Source of the DNA: Candidatus Hydrogenedentota bacterium
GTDB taxonomy: Bacteria > Hydrogenedentota > Hydrogenedentia > Hydrogenedentales > GCA-2746185
DNA: 33,198 nt
Assembly (NCBI GenBank): GCA_029937645.1
Contig: JAPYPO010000005.1
Span: 1-33,198 of the forward strand
Reading direction: 5' to 3'
In this document: positions 1-8,676 of the stretch, piece after piece
Layout of the letters: each line of letters starts with the position of its first letter
How positions within the stretch are numbered: the first letter of the stretch is position 1
Notes under the pieces: generated by a model
What the model was told of the DNA's origin: nothing
What the model saw: the letters and a program-made list of their open reading frames with translations, nothing else
Database searches by the model: none
Translations under genes and position numbers: made by a program

Positions 1-2
1 GG

Positions 3-179
3 TTTGAACGGGTCCAGCTGACGCTCACGGGGGTCAGCATGAAGGAACTCGTCAATCTCCTTCACAAGATCTATTCCAGCGATAATTTGATTGTGCTCCA
101 AAAACTGGATCACCTGCGCGCCACGCGCGATGGAAAAGGGCTGGAATTTTCGGCGACCTTTACGGCGCCGAAGCGCTGA
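3..179 (+). CDS. 3' end of a gene running in from the left edge; resembles the C-terminus of a type II secretion GspM/PilO-like protein
   Basis: Open frame from base 3 reads FERVQLTLTGVSMKELVNLLHKIYSSDNLIVLQKLDHLRATRDGKGLEFSATFTAPKR then TGA at 177-179. The V.L.L.GV...EL...L..I pattern fits the GspM ferredoxin-like fold. Partial, not in the ORF track. Confidence 0.5.
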   Translation, partial: FERVQLTLTGVSMKELVNLLHKIYSSDNLIVLQKLDHLRATRDGKGLEFSATFTAPKR

Positions 180-311
180 AACCGATAGAATCGCTTGCGG
201 CTTCTTATGGCGTTTCGGATTAGACCCTGCGGGTGACGGCGATTTTCTTCATCTTGCCGTCTCACTCCATCTCATTACGGCGCGGACAACCCTTTGGGAG
301 CTTCTGTTCTA

Positions 312-1157
312 ATGAAATCGAGATCAAAGAAGATGGTGCGGCCGCTTGAGGCATTCAATAATCCTACGTTTCTCAACGGGCCCGACGCCCGGCCTGTCCG
401 CATCCTCACCGAATTTGAAGAGCCCTCGAACCGCCTGAGACGCCTGCGCATCCGAAACACGATCACCTTTTTCGGGTCGGCGCGCATCCACGCGCGCGAA
501 GAGGCCGAGGCGAAACTCGCTGAGGCGGAGAAGGGCCTGCGTGACGGGGTAAAGGAAAACGCCGAACTCCGATTTGCCCGCGATGTGGCGACGCGGGGCG
601 TGACCCTGGCGCGTTATTACGAAGATGCAGCGCTGCTCGCGGAGAAGCTGACCGCGTGGTCGCAAAGCTCTCTTAAATTGGGCAAGCGTTTTTACATTTG
701 TTCGGGCGGCGGACCGGGCATCATGGAAGCGGCCAATCTCGGCGCGTCACGGGCGAAAGGCCGCTCGATAGGTTTTAACATCAGCCTGCCCTTCGAGCAA
801 GAGCCCAACCCCTATCAATCCCCGGAGCTTTCGTTCCAGTTTCACTACTTTTTCATGCGCAAATTCTGGTTCGTATACTTGGCGAAAGCGCTCGTTGTAT
901 TTCCCGGCGGGTTCGGAACGCTCGATGAATTCTTTGAATTGCTTACCTTGATTCAAACTCAGAAAACGTCCAAGTACATGCCGATTGTCCTGTACGGCAG
1001 CGAATACTGGAACGACATCCTTAATTTCGAAAACATGGCGAAGTGGGGCACCATCAGCCCCGCAGATATCAATCTTTTTCAGACCTTCGACGATGTAGAC
1101 GAAACCTTCCGTTACCTCAAGTCTGAGCTCACGCGCCTCTATATGGGGCGGCCGTAG
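312..1157 (+). CDS. LOG-family (TIGR00730-like) nucleotide phosphoribohydrolase
   Basis: Motifs TFFGSAR, SGGGPGIMEAAN, F.YFFMRKFWF and PGGFGTLDE (PGGxGTxxE). ATG at 312 chosen as likely start. Confidence 0.9.
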   Translation: MKSRSKKMVRPLEAFNNPTFLNGPDARPVRILTEFEEPSNRLRRLRIRNTITFFGSARIHAREEAEAKLAEAEKGLRDGVKENAELRFARDVATRGVTLARYYEDAALLAEKLTAWSQSSLKLGKRFYICSGGGPGIMEAANLGASRAKGRSIGFNISLPFEQEPNPYQSPELSFQFHYFFMRKFWFVYLAKALVVFPGGFGTLDEFFELLTLIQTQKTSKYMPIVLYGSEYWNDILNFENMAKWGTISPADINLFQTFDDVDETFRYLKSELTRLYMGRP

Positions 1158-1190
1158 GCAGGTCGCAGTAGACCGGTGGATGCGGGGTAG

Positions 1191-1219
1191 TTGAGGGTGC
1201 CCATGTACTATGCCATAAT
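1191..1219 (+). promoter_or_regulatory. Candidate sigma70 promoter for msrP
   Basis: TTGAGG (1191-1196), 17 nt spacer, CATAAT (1214-1219) preceded by TGn (extended -10). Confidence 0.35.
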
Positions 1220-1320
1220 GGATTCCGCTTACACTGCGGTGGCGGGCATTCCCTTCCGTCCCCTTTTTTCCAGTTCTGCAATGGGTGCGCCGACACAGCC
1301 GCACCACTGGAGGTCTAATC

Positions 1321-2319
1321 ATGGCAAACATCATTCACCGGCCCTCGTGGCACTTGCCCGAAAGCGCCGCCACCCCCGAGTCCCTGTACCTGAACCGCCG
1401 TCATTTCATCAAAACGTTGGGCTTGGGTGCCGCAGCAATGGCCGTGACCGCGCGGTGCGGCGTGGCGCAGCAGGCTCCTGTATCCCGGACCGATCCCGCA
1501 GTGGAGAAACTCGGGCCTCTGCCTGAGTATGAGCTCAACGCCGATTTCGCGGATGCGGGGCGGGCGATCACGAGCTTGGATGACAAAGTCAATCCGCTCG
1601 TGTATAACAATTTTTACGAGTTCGGCGTCGGTAAATTTCAGCCGGCGATTAATGCCAAGGGCTTCACCCTTGACCCCTACACACTGGAAATTGATGGCCT
1701 GGTTAAAGAACCCGTTAAACTGGGCCTTGAGGATATCGAAAAGCTTGGCATAGAGGAGCGCGTTTACCGTTTTCGCTGCGTGGAAGCGTGGGCGATGACG
1801 GTGCCGTGGGTGGGTGTGCCCCTGGCCAAGATTCTCGCGAAGGCCGATATTCTGCCGGAAGCGAAGTATGTCGCCTTCGAGACCTTCTACGATCCAGAGC
1901 GGGCGCCTGGCCAGAATTCGCGCGAGTACGATTGGCCCTACAAAGAAGGGCTGCGCCTGGATGAGGCGATGAACGAAATGACAATGGCGGTCACGGGGAT
2001 GTATGGCAAGCGGCTCCTCCCTCAGAGCGGGACGCCGCTCCGGCTGATTACGCCTTGGAAGTATGGGTACAAGGGCGCGAAGAGCATCGTCAAGATGACG
2101 CTCACGGCGGAGCAACCCCCGACGCTATGGAACACGGCGCTCGCGGCTGAATATAAGTTCTACTCCAACGTCGATCCAAAGGTGCCGCACCCGCGTTGGT
2201 CGCAAGCCTCCGAAAAGCTGCTGGCCGATAAGATTGTAGAGGTGCCGACGCAGTGGTACAACGGCTACGGCGATCAGGTAGGGGCGATGTATGCGGATCG
2301 GGATCGCGTTCTGTATTAG
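1321..2319 (+). CDS. msrP: Protein-methionine-sulfoxide reductase catalytic subunit MsrP (YedY), Tat-exported molybdoenzyme
   Basis: TPES.Y.NRR.F Tat signal; YNNFYEFG, ERVYRFRCVEAWAM.VPW.G, WPY.EGLRLDEAM, PWKYGYKG.KSIV, NVDP.VPHPRWSQA. GGAGG RBS upstream of ATG 1321. Confidence 0.95.
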   Translation: MANIIHRPSWHLPESAATPESLYLNRRHFIKTLGLGAAAMAVTARCGVAQQAPVSRTDPAVEKLGPLPEYELNADFADAGRAITSLDDKVNPLVYNNFYEFGVGKFQPAINAKGFTLDPYTLEIDGLVKEPVKLGLEDIEKLGIEERVYRFRCVEAWAMTVPWVGVPLAKILAKADILPEAKYVAFETFYDPERAPGQNSREYDWPYKEGLRLDEAMNEMTMAVTGMYGKRLLPQSGTPLRLITPWKYGYKGAKSIVKMTLTAEQPPTLWNTALAAEYKFYSNVDPKVPHPRWSQASEKLLADKIVEVPTQWYNGYGDQVGAMYADRDRVLY

Positions 2320-2894
2320 CTCGCGAAGGCCGCGTTTACGCGCTCGACTAATTCGGCAACGCTGAAGGGCTTTTTCAGGTAGTCGTCGATGCCGTAGGCT
2401 TTCAGTTTTTGCGCCTCTTCTTCGCTCACGTACCCGGAAATAGCCAAGACCCGCGTGTTCTTCGTTTCGGGTCGCGACTTGACGCGTTCGCACACCATCC
2501 GCCCATCCATGTCCGACAGATGGATGTCCAAAATAATCAGTTGCGGGTTGTGCTCGACGACCTGGGATCCGGCATCAAAGCCGGTCGAGGCGACGAGGAC
2601 TTTGTAACTTCCTTCTTTGGCGAGAATGGCTGGAATGATGTCGAGGTAGTACGGGTCGTCGTCTACCACGAGAATTTTCTGTTCGTCCTTTTCCAAGCGC
2701 TCAAGAGGAATACCGTGGCCCAGCATGAATTTTCGCAGGTTTTCATAAGGGATACGCCGGTCGCCACCAGGGCCTAATCGGTATCCTTCGATTTGCCCCA
2801 GATCGAACCATCGCGACACCGTATCTGCGGACACGCCGCAGATCTGGGCGACTTCACCACTGGTGAATACTTTATTAAGAAACATTCCAGCCAC
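2316..2894 (-). CDS. Response regulator with N-terminal excisionase-like (MerR-type) HTH and C-terminal receiver domain
   Basis: N-terminal FTSGEVAQICGVSADTVSRWFD.G.I.GYR..PGGDRRIP; receiver motifs VVDDD, ILDIHL, ISG, KPF. GGAGG RBS 7 nt before GTG 2894. Confidence 0.9.
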   Translation of the reverse strand: MAGMFLNKVFTSGEVAQICGVSADTVSRWFDLGQIEGYRLGPGGDRRIPYENLRKFMLGHGIPLERLEKDEQKILVVDDDPYYLDIIPAILAKEGSYKVLVASTGFDAGSQVVEHNPQLIILDIHLSDMDGRMVCERVKSRPETKNTRVLAISGYVSEEEAQKLKAYGIDDYLKKPFSVAELVERVNAAFAS

Positions 2895-3016
2895 AAGGAA
2901 ACCTCCGTGCCTAATACGAGACTCTTTCGGGAAATTCCGGATTCCTGTAAAAACAGCGTCTACCTACGCTATGAATAGGGGTACAAGATATCGGGGTATG
3001 CGGAGTTTCCGCGCTT

Positions 3017-3045
3017 ATAGTACGACCTTCGAAGCGCTGTGTCAA
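3017..3045 (-). promoter_or_regulatory. Sigma70 promoter for the response regulator
   Basis: Minus strand reads TTGACA (3045-3040), 17 nt spacer, TACTAT (3022-3017). Confidence 0.6.
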
Positions 3046-3142
3046 CCGGTTGGACTGATCGGATTCCGTCATCGCCGCAGGGGCTCGCGAGGGGGAGTCT
3101 TGCGGACGATTCAACCGAACCTACCCATGGTATGATCTTCCC

Positions 3143-4477
3143 ATGAAGGGATTTACCGTTTTCCTCCCGTTCTCCTTAGTCACGCTGTTGGCCGGCGTAA
3201 TGATGGGTGCTTTCGCCATGTTTCCCTCCGAGAATATGATGGGCTTGGCCGAGTTTGCCGATGTCGGGCCCGGATTCTTCGGGGGCGAATTGCCGTTCAC
3301 CATTCGCCTTGATGAGACAATTGTTCTCGATGCGTGGGCGGTAGAGCCTGCGCTACGCATCGCGGGCGGAGGCGGGGACAGGGACATCCTCGCAGCGCCT
3401 GGCCAGAAGATCGCCCTCTCCCATGGCACTGCGGTGGTGAAGAGTGTCGGTCCGTGGTCGGGCCTCTTCCCGGACTCAGGAGGAAATGCCATGGCGGCGC
3501 TGTCTCTCGATTTTGGCGGGGGGAGCGATGGGAATGTCATGGGCATCCACGATGGTGAATGGAATCGTGTCGGCGAGGAGATGGCCATCTATTTTCGTTG
3601 GACGTCGAGCGAAGAGGAGGCGCGCAAGCATCTCGTCGATGCGCCTGCGTCTATGGATTCAGCCCGCTGGGGAGCGGTGGATGGCAGAAGGGTTCAGTGG
3701 TTTTCATCGTTTATGCAGGGTGAGGGGATGCGTCTTCGATCGGGCGAATCGCTGTTCTTGCTCGACCTGGATATGAACTGGCATGACCGAGATCACGCGG
3801 AACTTGGTGTGCGCCCTGCGGTGCTGGTCCGCAGCACAAGGGAAGGCGTTATTCGCGACCGATGGTATCCCGCTGAGGTGAAGCCTACAAACTCGACGGT
3901 GATATTCGAATATCCTGCATCCCGGAAGCGCCTGCTGATTCTGTGCGCATGGGATGAAGAGGGTGTGTTGGCCGGCGCGTATGAGGACGGACAAGAGACG
4001 GGCAATGCGACGCTCGAATCGGGATCGGTTTGGCAGCCAACGGGTTCGGAATACTCTCTTCGATGGCGGCGAGCGCTCCGGGGCGCGCTATTCGTCCCGC
4101 CGACAAACTCGCCCTTCGTGGCCGCCGTGTTGGAATACAATGCGAAGGAGATTCATGTGCGTCAGGGGGAAGCGTTGCGTATCGAGGACGACGTTCTTCG
4201 ATTCTCCTCGGGGAAGCGGGCCGAGGCCTACCGAATTTCCGTTCTTCGCCCGAGCGGCTCCAAAGAGGAAGCCGTCCTTCGACCGGGCGCTGAGTTGGCG
4301 CTTCGTTTCGATGGCGAAAGCGACCGTTATACCCTCCGCCATGAAAACGTGCGGCCTGGAGAAGGGATAGGCGTGGCGGTGTCGCCGGGCCGGAGTCTGG
4401 GTTTAATTGCAGCGGGCGTTGCGCTGTTGGTAATAGGTATGATGGGTGCCGCCGTTTCACTTCGAGTGAGGCGCTGA
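3143..4477 (+). CDS. Membrane-anchored hypothetical protein with N- and C-terminal TM helices, distantly ResB/Ccs1-like
   Basis: 444 aa ORF; hydrophobic N-terminus followed by LPFTIRL; C-terminal G.GVAVSPG + TM helix, resembling the ResB layout. Confidence 0.6.
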   Translation: MKGFTVFLPFSLVTLLAGVMMGAFAMFPSENMMGLAEFADVGPGFFGGELPFTIRLDETIVLDAWAVEPALRIAGGGGDRDILAAPGQKIALSHGTAVVKSVGPWSGLFPDSGGNAMAALSLDFGGGSDGNVMGIHDGEWNRVGEEMAIYFRWTSSEEEARKHLVDAPASMDSARWGAVDGRRVQWFSSFMQGEGMRLRSGESLFLLDLDMNWHDRDHAELGVRPAVLVRSTREGVIRDRWYPAEVKPTNSTVIFEYPASRKRLLILCAWDEEGVLAGAYEDGQETGNATLESGSVWQPTGSEYSLRWRRALRGALFVPPTNSPFVAAVLEYNAKEIHVRQGEALRIEDDVLRFSSGKRAEAYRISVLRPSGSKEEAVLRPGAELALRFDGESDRYTLRHENVRPGEGIGVAVSPGRSLGLIAAGVALLVIGMMGAAVSLRVRR

Positions 4478-4508
4478 GTTTATTGGGCAGGCTTGAAAGG
4501 GGTTCGCG

Positions 4509-5597
4509 TTGAACGGACAGCGTCGTGAAGGCAGGTTTTTCGAAGATTTCGAAATTGGGCAGATTATCGAACACCGCTATGCCCGGACGATTACCGAAGG
4601 CGACACGGCTGCGTATATGACGCTGACGGGTGACCGCTTTCCGGCGTATTGCGATCGAGAGTTTGCCCAACGCCTGGGCTTTCGCCGCGAAATCGTCAAT
4701 GACTTGCTGGTTTTTAATATCGTTTACGGGAAGAGTGTGCCCGATATATCGATCAATGCCTTGGCGCATCTCGGATTCGCGGATGTCGAGTTCGAGGCGC
4801 CTGTTTACGCGGGCGATACGCTGCGCGCCGTCACCCACATCATCGGCAAGAAGGAAGATTCGGCAGGCGATGCGGGTACGCTCTATATACACACCCGAGG
4901 CCTCAACCAAGATCGCAAGACGGTTGTCCACTTTTTCCGATGGATGTCGATTCGGAAGCGCGACACCGCAACCCGCACGAACGAAGACGAGGTCTTATCC
5001 TTTCCAAGAACGGCGGATCCAGCGCGTCTGTTTGTCCCCGAGGACTTGCGGAACGCGGGGGTATGGTCGGCCCTGGAAACGGCGCCCACCTTCGAATCCT
5101 ATGAACCAGGACAACGCATTTATCACGGGCCGGGCTTGATGATTGAGGAGGGGGAAAGCGCCCTTGCCACAGGCTTGTATCAATTTACCGGCGCGCCCTA
5201 TTCGGATGCTTTCGCCGCGACGGATCGGGCTGCGGACGGGCGGGTTGTGTGCGGTGCCCATGTCATTTCTTTGGCGCGTGCGGCGTCGTTCAATGGTTTC
5301 GAGGGCGTCGTGCGGATTCTGGCCTGGAATAGCGGGGTCTACCCGAACCCGGTCTATGCCGGCGATACGATGTACGCGTTTACGGATGTGTTGGACACGA
5401 TGCCCATCGCGGGCCGAGACGATCTCGGTGTTTTGCGATTGAGGTTGGTGGCTGTTAAGAACGAGGATCCGCGGGGCAAGGTTCTGAAACTGGAGCCCCA
5501 CGATGAAATGAACGCGCGCGGCCCGTACGACGCCACGGTGGTTCTCGATTTAGATTATTATGTTCTCATTGGCAAAGACGGAGTTTTTGGCGAATGA
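4509..5597 (+). CDS. mch: Double hot-dog MaoC-family hydratase, likely mesaconyl-CoA (2-methylfumaryl-CoA) hydratase
   Basis: GRFFEDF..GQ.I.H...RT, VF.IV.GK.VPDIS.NA.A.LG.A, PVY.GDTL, TRGLNQ, RW..IRKRD; second hot-dog with HVISLARA.SFNG and VVLDLDY. TTG start. Confidence 0.8.
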   Translation: MNGQRREGRFFEDFEIGQIIEHRYARTITEGDTAAYMTLTGDRFPAYCDREFAQRLGFRREIVNDLLVFNIVYGKSVPDISINALAHLGFADVEFEAPVYAGDTLRAVTHIIGKKEDSAGDAGTLYIHTRGLNQDRKTVVHFFRWMSIRKRDTATRTNEDEVLSFPRTADPARLFVPEDLRNAGVWSALETAPTFESYEPGQRIYHGPGLMIEEGESALATGLYQFTGAPYSDAFAATDRAADGRVVCGAHVISLARAASFNGFEGVVRILAWNSGVYPNPVYAGDTMYAFTDVLDTMPIAGRDDLGVLRLRLVAVKNEDPRGKVLKLEPHDEMNARGPYDATVVLDLDYYVLIGKDGVFGE

Positions 5598-7279
5598 CCA
5601 CACCATCACCTACACGAACCACCAGCCTTTCGGAGGCCGAAGGATTGCTCGGTTGCGGCCGGGATCACCTGGAGCGCGCTCTGGAGAAGATCCGTGCGAT
5701 TACGGACCATGGGCGAAAAATCGACGAGAACCAAATCGTGACCCGTGAAGCGGCCCGGCTGACGACGCGCTTCGAGGCGGCCGACGCGCTGCTGCGATAC
5801 GCGATCCGGATCGAGGAGGAGGGGCTTGCCTCGAATGAGGACCTGGCCCGGGTCGCGGAAATGTATGCCGCTGAAACCCTGATCCATTTTTGGACTACGA
5901 TACAGTGGCAGAGGGATGCCTTCGGATTCTCGTCGGACGAGGCCGAATCTGCGCGGCCCGATTCTGCGGCTGAGGACTGGATTCGAGGGCGATTGGGCAG
6001 CGGTTCATATGAAGCCCTGGGGCGCGTTGCGCTTGAACGCGGGGGCATAAACGACGGGCCCATTCTTTCGGAAGGCAGCCCTTCCCCCGACGCAATCGAC
6101 TTGCGCGATGGTACGCGCCGTTTCGCGACTGAGGTGGTCCGCCCATTGGCGGAAGACATTCACCGCGAGGATTTGCTCGTGCCCGATAGTCTTATCGAAC
6201 AAATGTCCGAGATGGGCTACTTCGGCATGTCCATCCCCGAGAAACACGGAGGCATCGGCATGTCGAACCTCCTCATGATCGTCGCGACCGAAGAACTATC
6301 CGCAGCATCATTGCCGGCGGCAGGCAGTCTGATCACGCGTCCTGAAATCCTGTCGAAGGCCCTCCTGAAGGGCGGCACCGACGCGCAGCGCGAACACTGG
6401 CTCCCTGCCATCGCGTCGGGCGAGGTGATGGTCGCCATTTCCGTTACCGAACCCGATACCGGATCCGATGTGGCGCACCTTACATGCCGGGCGACCGCTG
6501 GGGTGGTCGACGGGCGCGAAGGGTATCTGCTCAACGGCGCAAAAGCCTGGTGTACCTTTGCGGGCCGGGCAAATATCCTGGCGCTCTTGGCGCGTACGAG
6601 CGACGATTCCGATTCAGGCCACTCTGGATTGTCGTTGTTCATTGTCGAGAAGGAGGTATTCACGGGACACGAATTCGCCGCCGAACAATCCACCGGTGGC
6701 CGCTTGACTGGGAAAGCCGACGCCACGATGGGGTACCGGGGCATGCACTCGTTTACGCTTCAGTTCGAAGATTATTTCGTGCCGAAAGAGAATTTAGTTG
6801 GGGGCGATGCGGGTGCGGGCAAGGGATTCTACTTGCAAATGGACGGGTTCGCAGCGGGCCGCCTTCAAACAGGCGGCAGGGCGCTGGGTCTGGCCCAAGC
6901 CAGCATGGAAGCGGCATGCGAATACGCCCTCGGTCGGCCACAATTTGGCAGGCCAATCGCCGAATACCAAAATACCCAGTACGAAATCGGGGCCATGGCC
7001 ATCCGCATCGAAGCGGCCCGTCAACTCACCTACGCGGCCGCCGACGCGATGGATCGCGGCGACAAGAAAGCCGCCCTTCTTGCGTCCATGGCGAAGCACT
7101 TTTCGTCACGCGCGGCGGTTGATGTGTCGCAGCGCAGCCAGCTCCTCCACGGTGGATGGGGATACGCGGAAGAATTCGCGATTTCGCGGTATGTGGCCGA
7201 CGCGTTGGTCCTCCCCATTTTCGAAGGGGTCGAGCCTATCCTGGAATTGAAAGTCATCGGCCGGGGGATCTTGGCGTAG
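5594..7279 (+). CDS. mcd: Long acyl-CoA dehydrogenase, likely (2S)-methylsuccinyl-CoA dehydrogenase
   Basis: 561 aa with about 170 aa N-terminal extension as in Mcd; EELS, GSL.TR.EI, TEPDTGSD, GYRGM, HGGWGYAEEF, IFEG (catalytic Glu). ATGA overlap with mch. Confidence 0.7.
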   Translation: MTTPSPTRTTSLSEAEGLLGCGRDHLERALEKIRAITDHGRKIDENQIVTREAARLTTRFEAADALLRYAIRIEEEGLASNEDLARVAEMYAAETLIHFWTTIQWQRDAFGFSSDEAESARPDSAAEDWIRGRLGSGSYEALGRVALERGGINDGPILSEGSPSPDAIDLRDGTRRFATEVVRPLAEDIHREDLLVPDSLIEQMSEMGYFGMSIPEKHGGIGMSNLLMIVATEELSAASLPAAGSLITRPEILSKALLKGGTDAQREHWLPAIASGEVMVAISVTEPDTGSDVAHLTCRATAGVVDGREGYLLNGAKAWCTFAGRANILALLARTSDDSDSGHSGLSLFIVEKEVFTGHEFAAEQSTGGRLTGKADATMGYRGMHSFTLQFEDYFVPKENLVGGDAGAGKGFYLQMDGFAAGRLQTGGRALGLAQASMEAACEYALGRPQFGRPIAEYQNTQYEIGAMAIRIEAARQLTYAAADAMDRGDKKAALLASMAKHFSSRAAVDVSQRSQLLHGGWGYAEEFAISRYVADALVLPIFEGVEPILELKVIGRGILA

Positions 7280-8555
7280 CGCCCGTCGCGGGGCTCCACC
7301 CGTTTTCCAGGAGACGCCGGGCATTTCCTCCGAAGAATTTGGCGGAAACATTTGCACCGAATCGTTTGAGCATCGCCGCAGCCAGATAGGGCAGATCGGA
7401 GGGCTCTCTCAAGTCGTTGGGCGGATTGGTAAGACCGTCGAAATCGGATCCCCACCCGATACAATCTACGCCGCCCGCGTCAATAAGTTTTTCTACCGTC
7501 ATCACGATTGTGTCAATTCCCTTTCCCTTAACCTTCCCATTCAAAAAGTAGTTCATAAAGATCACGCCGATCACGCCGCCAGTGTCGGCGATACGACATA
7601 CCTCATCGTCCTTCGGATTCATCTTAAAGGGCGCGAGGCCGTGGTGTCCGACGTGCGACATGACGACAGGCCGATGGTGACGATGGGCCATGGCGGTCGC
7701 TTCCCGGCGTGCCGTAGGCGCGCAATGGCTCAAGTCTACGATCATGCCCAGGCTGAGCATACGGTCGACGGCCTCCCGCCCGAATTTCGGGAGCGGCCCA
7801 TCGGTTTTCTCCGACGCGATCTGGTTCTGAAAGCAATGGAATGCTCTGTAAAGACGCCGGTCTGGAAGGCCCATGATGTTCGGAGCCACTCCACGGTCAT
7901 AGAAATGGGCAATCGTCAACATGCACACGCCCCGGCTGTGCAGTTCTTCGACCATGCCGATGTCGCAGCCGAGGCTATGGCCACCCTCGACACCGTGCAA
8001 GATAGCGATTCCGCCTTTCGCGTTTATGCGGTCCAATTCCGCAACCGACCGCGCCACACCCAGGGAGCCGTCGCTTTCCGATTCGGAGATGACCTTCTCG
8101 AAGGCTTCCAACTCGCGCACGACGACTTCGTCGGAGGGCTGCGCCATGCTCCGCTTCACTTTTCGCAAGCTTGGCGTCATGCTGGAAACGGCACGCAACG
8201 GAGCCGAGTCTTCTAGGAACTCCCGTTCCGGTGGATAAATGACGGACACAATAGCGTCGACCTGCCCGTCTTTCAGCGAGGGAAGGTCGCCGCGCATCGT
8301 GAATGGCCACGTTCCGCTGGGCGCGGCGTGGGCTTTCGTTAGGTCTTTTCCCAAGAAGGATGTCTTCAGAGAGGGATGCGTGTGCAGATCGACGACGAAG
8401 TTTTCGGCGAGAAATGCCTTTGCTTCCTGAAATTCAGTAGCGGATAGAGAAGAATGACGCGCCTGCGCGGGTTTCGAAAAGAGGCCACTTGAAGCCATCG
8501 TCGCGCCCAGACATTGCACCATAAACTTCCGACGCGTGATTGGCTTGTTGTTCAC
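7254..8555 (-). CDS. Tat-exported membrane dipeptidase (peptidase M19, amidohydrolase fold)
   Basis: TRRKF signal; VDLHTH, HGVEGGH, LTIAH, MIVDLSH, VMSH, GGVIG, GSDFDG. GGAGG RBS before GTG. Confidence 0.85.
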   Translation of the reverse strand: MNNKPITRRKFMVQCLGATMASSGLFSKPAQARHSSLSATEFQEAKAFLAENFVVDLHTHPSLKTSFLGKDLTKAHAAPSGTWPFTMRGDLPSLKDGQVDAIVSVIYPPEREFLEDSAPLRAVSSMTPSLRKVKRSMAQPSDEVVVRELEAFEKVISESESDGSLGVARSVAELDRINAKGGIAILHGVEGGHSLGCDIGMVEELHSRGVCMLTIAHFYDRGVAPNIMGLPDRRLYRAFHCFQNQIASEKTDGPLPKFGREAVDRMLSLGMIVDLSHCAPTARREATAMAHRHHRPVVMSHVGHHGLAPFKMNPKDDEVCRIADTGGVIGVIFMNYFLNGKVKGKGIDTIVMTVEKLIDAGGVDCIGWGSDFDGLTNPPNDLREPSDLPYLAAAMLKRFGANVSAKFFGGNARRLLENGWSPATGATPRSPGR

Positions 8556-8676
8556 GCTTTTTTCCTCCCGTCAAGGACTCGGCAGGAACAGATGAGAGGT
8601 GATCCCCAGGCGGAAGCCCCGCAGAGTTTGTGTTACATTAACAGGTCGTCGAACAAATCAAAAGGAGCTGGATAGG

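Noticed and set aside
91-312. 73-aa ORF at the left edge
   Set aside because: Overlaps the more protein-like frame 3-179; no RBS or motif.
3885-4931. 348-aa minus-strand ORF
   Set aside because: Antisense to two better-supported genes; no recognisable domain.
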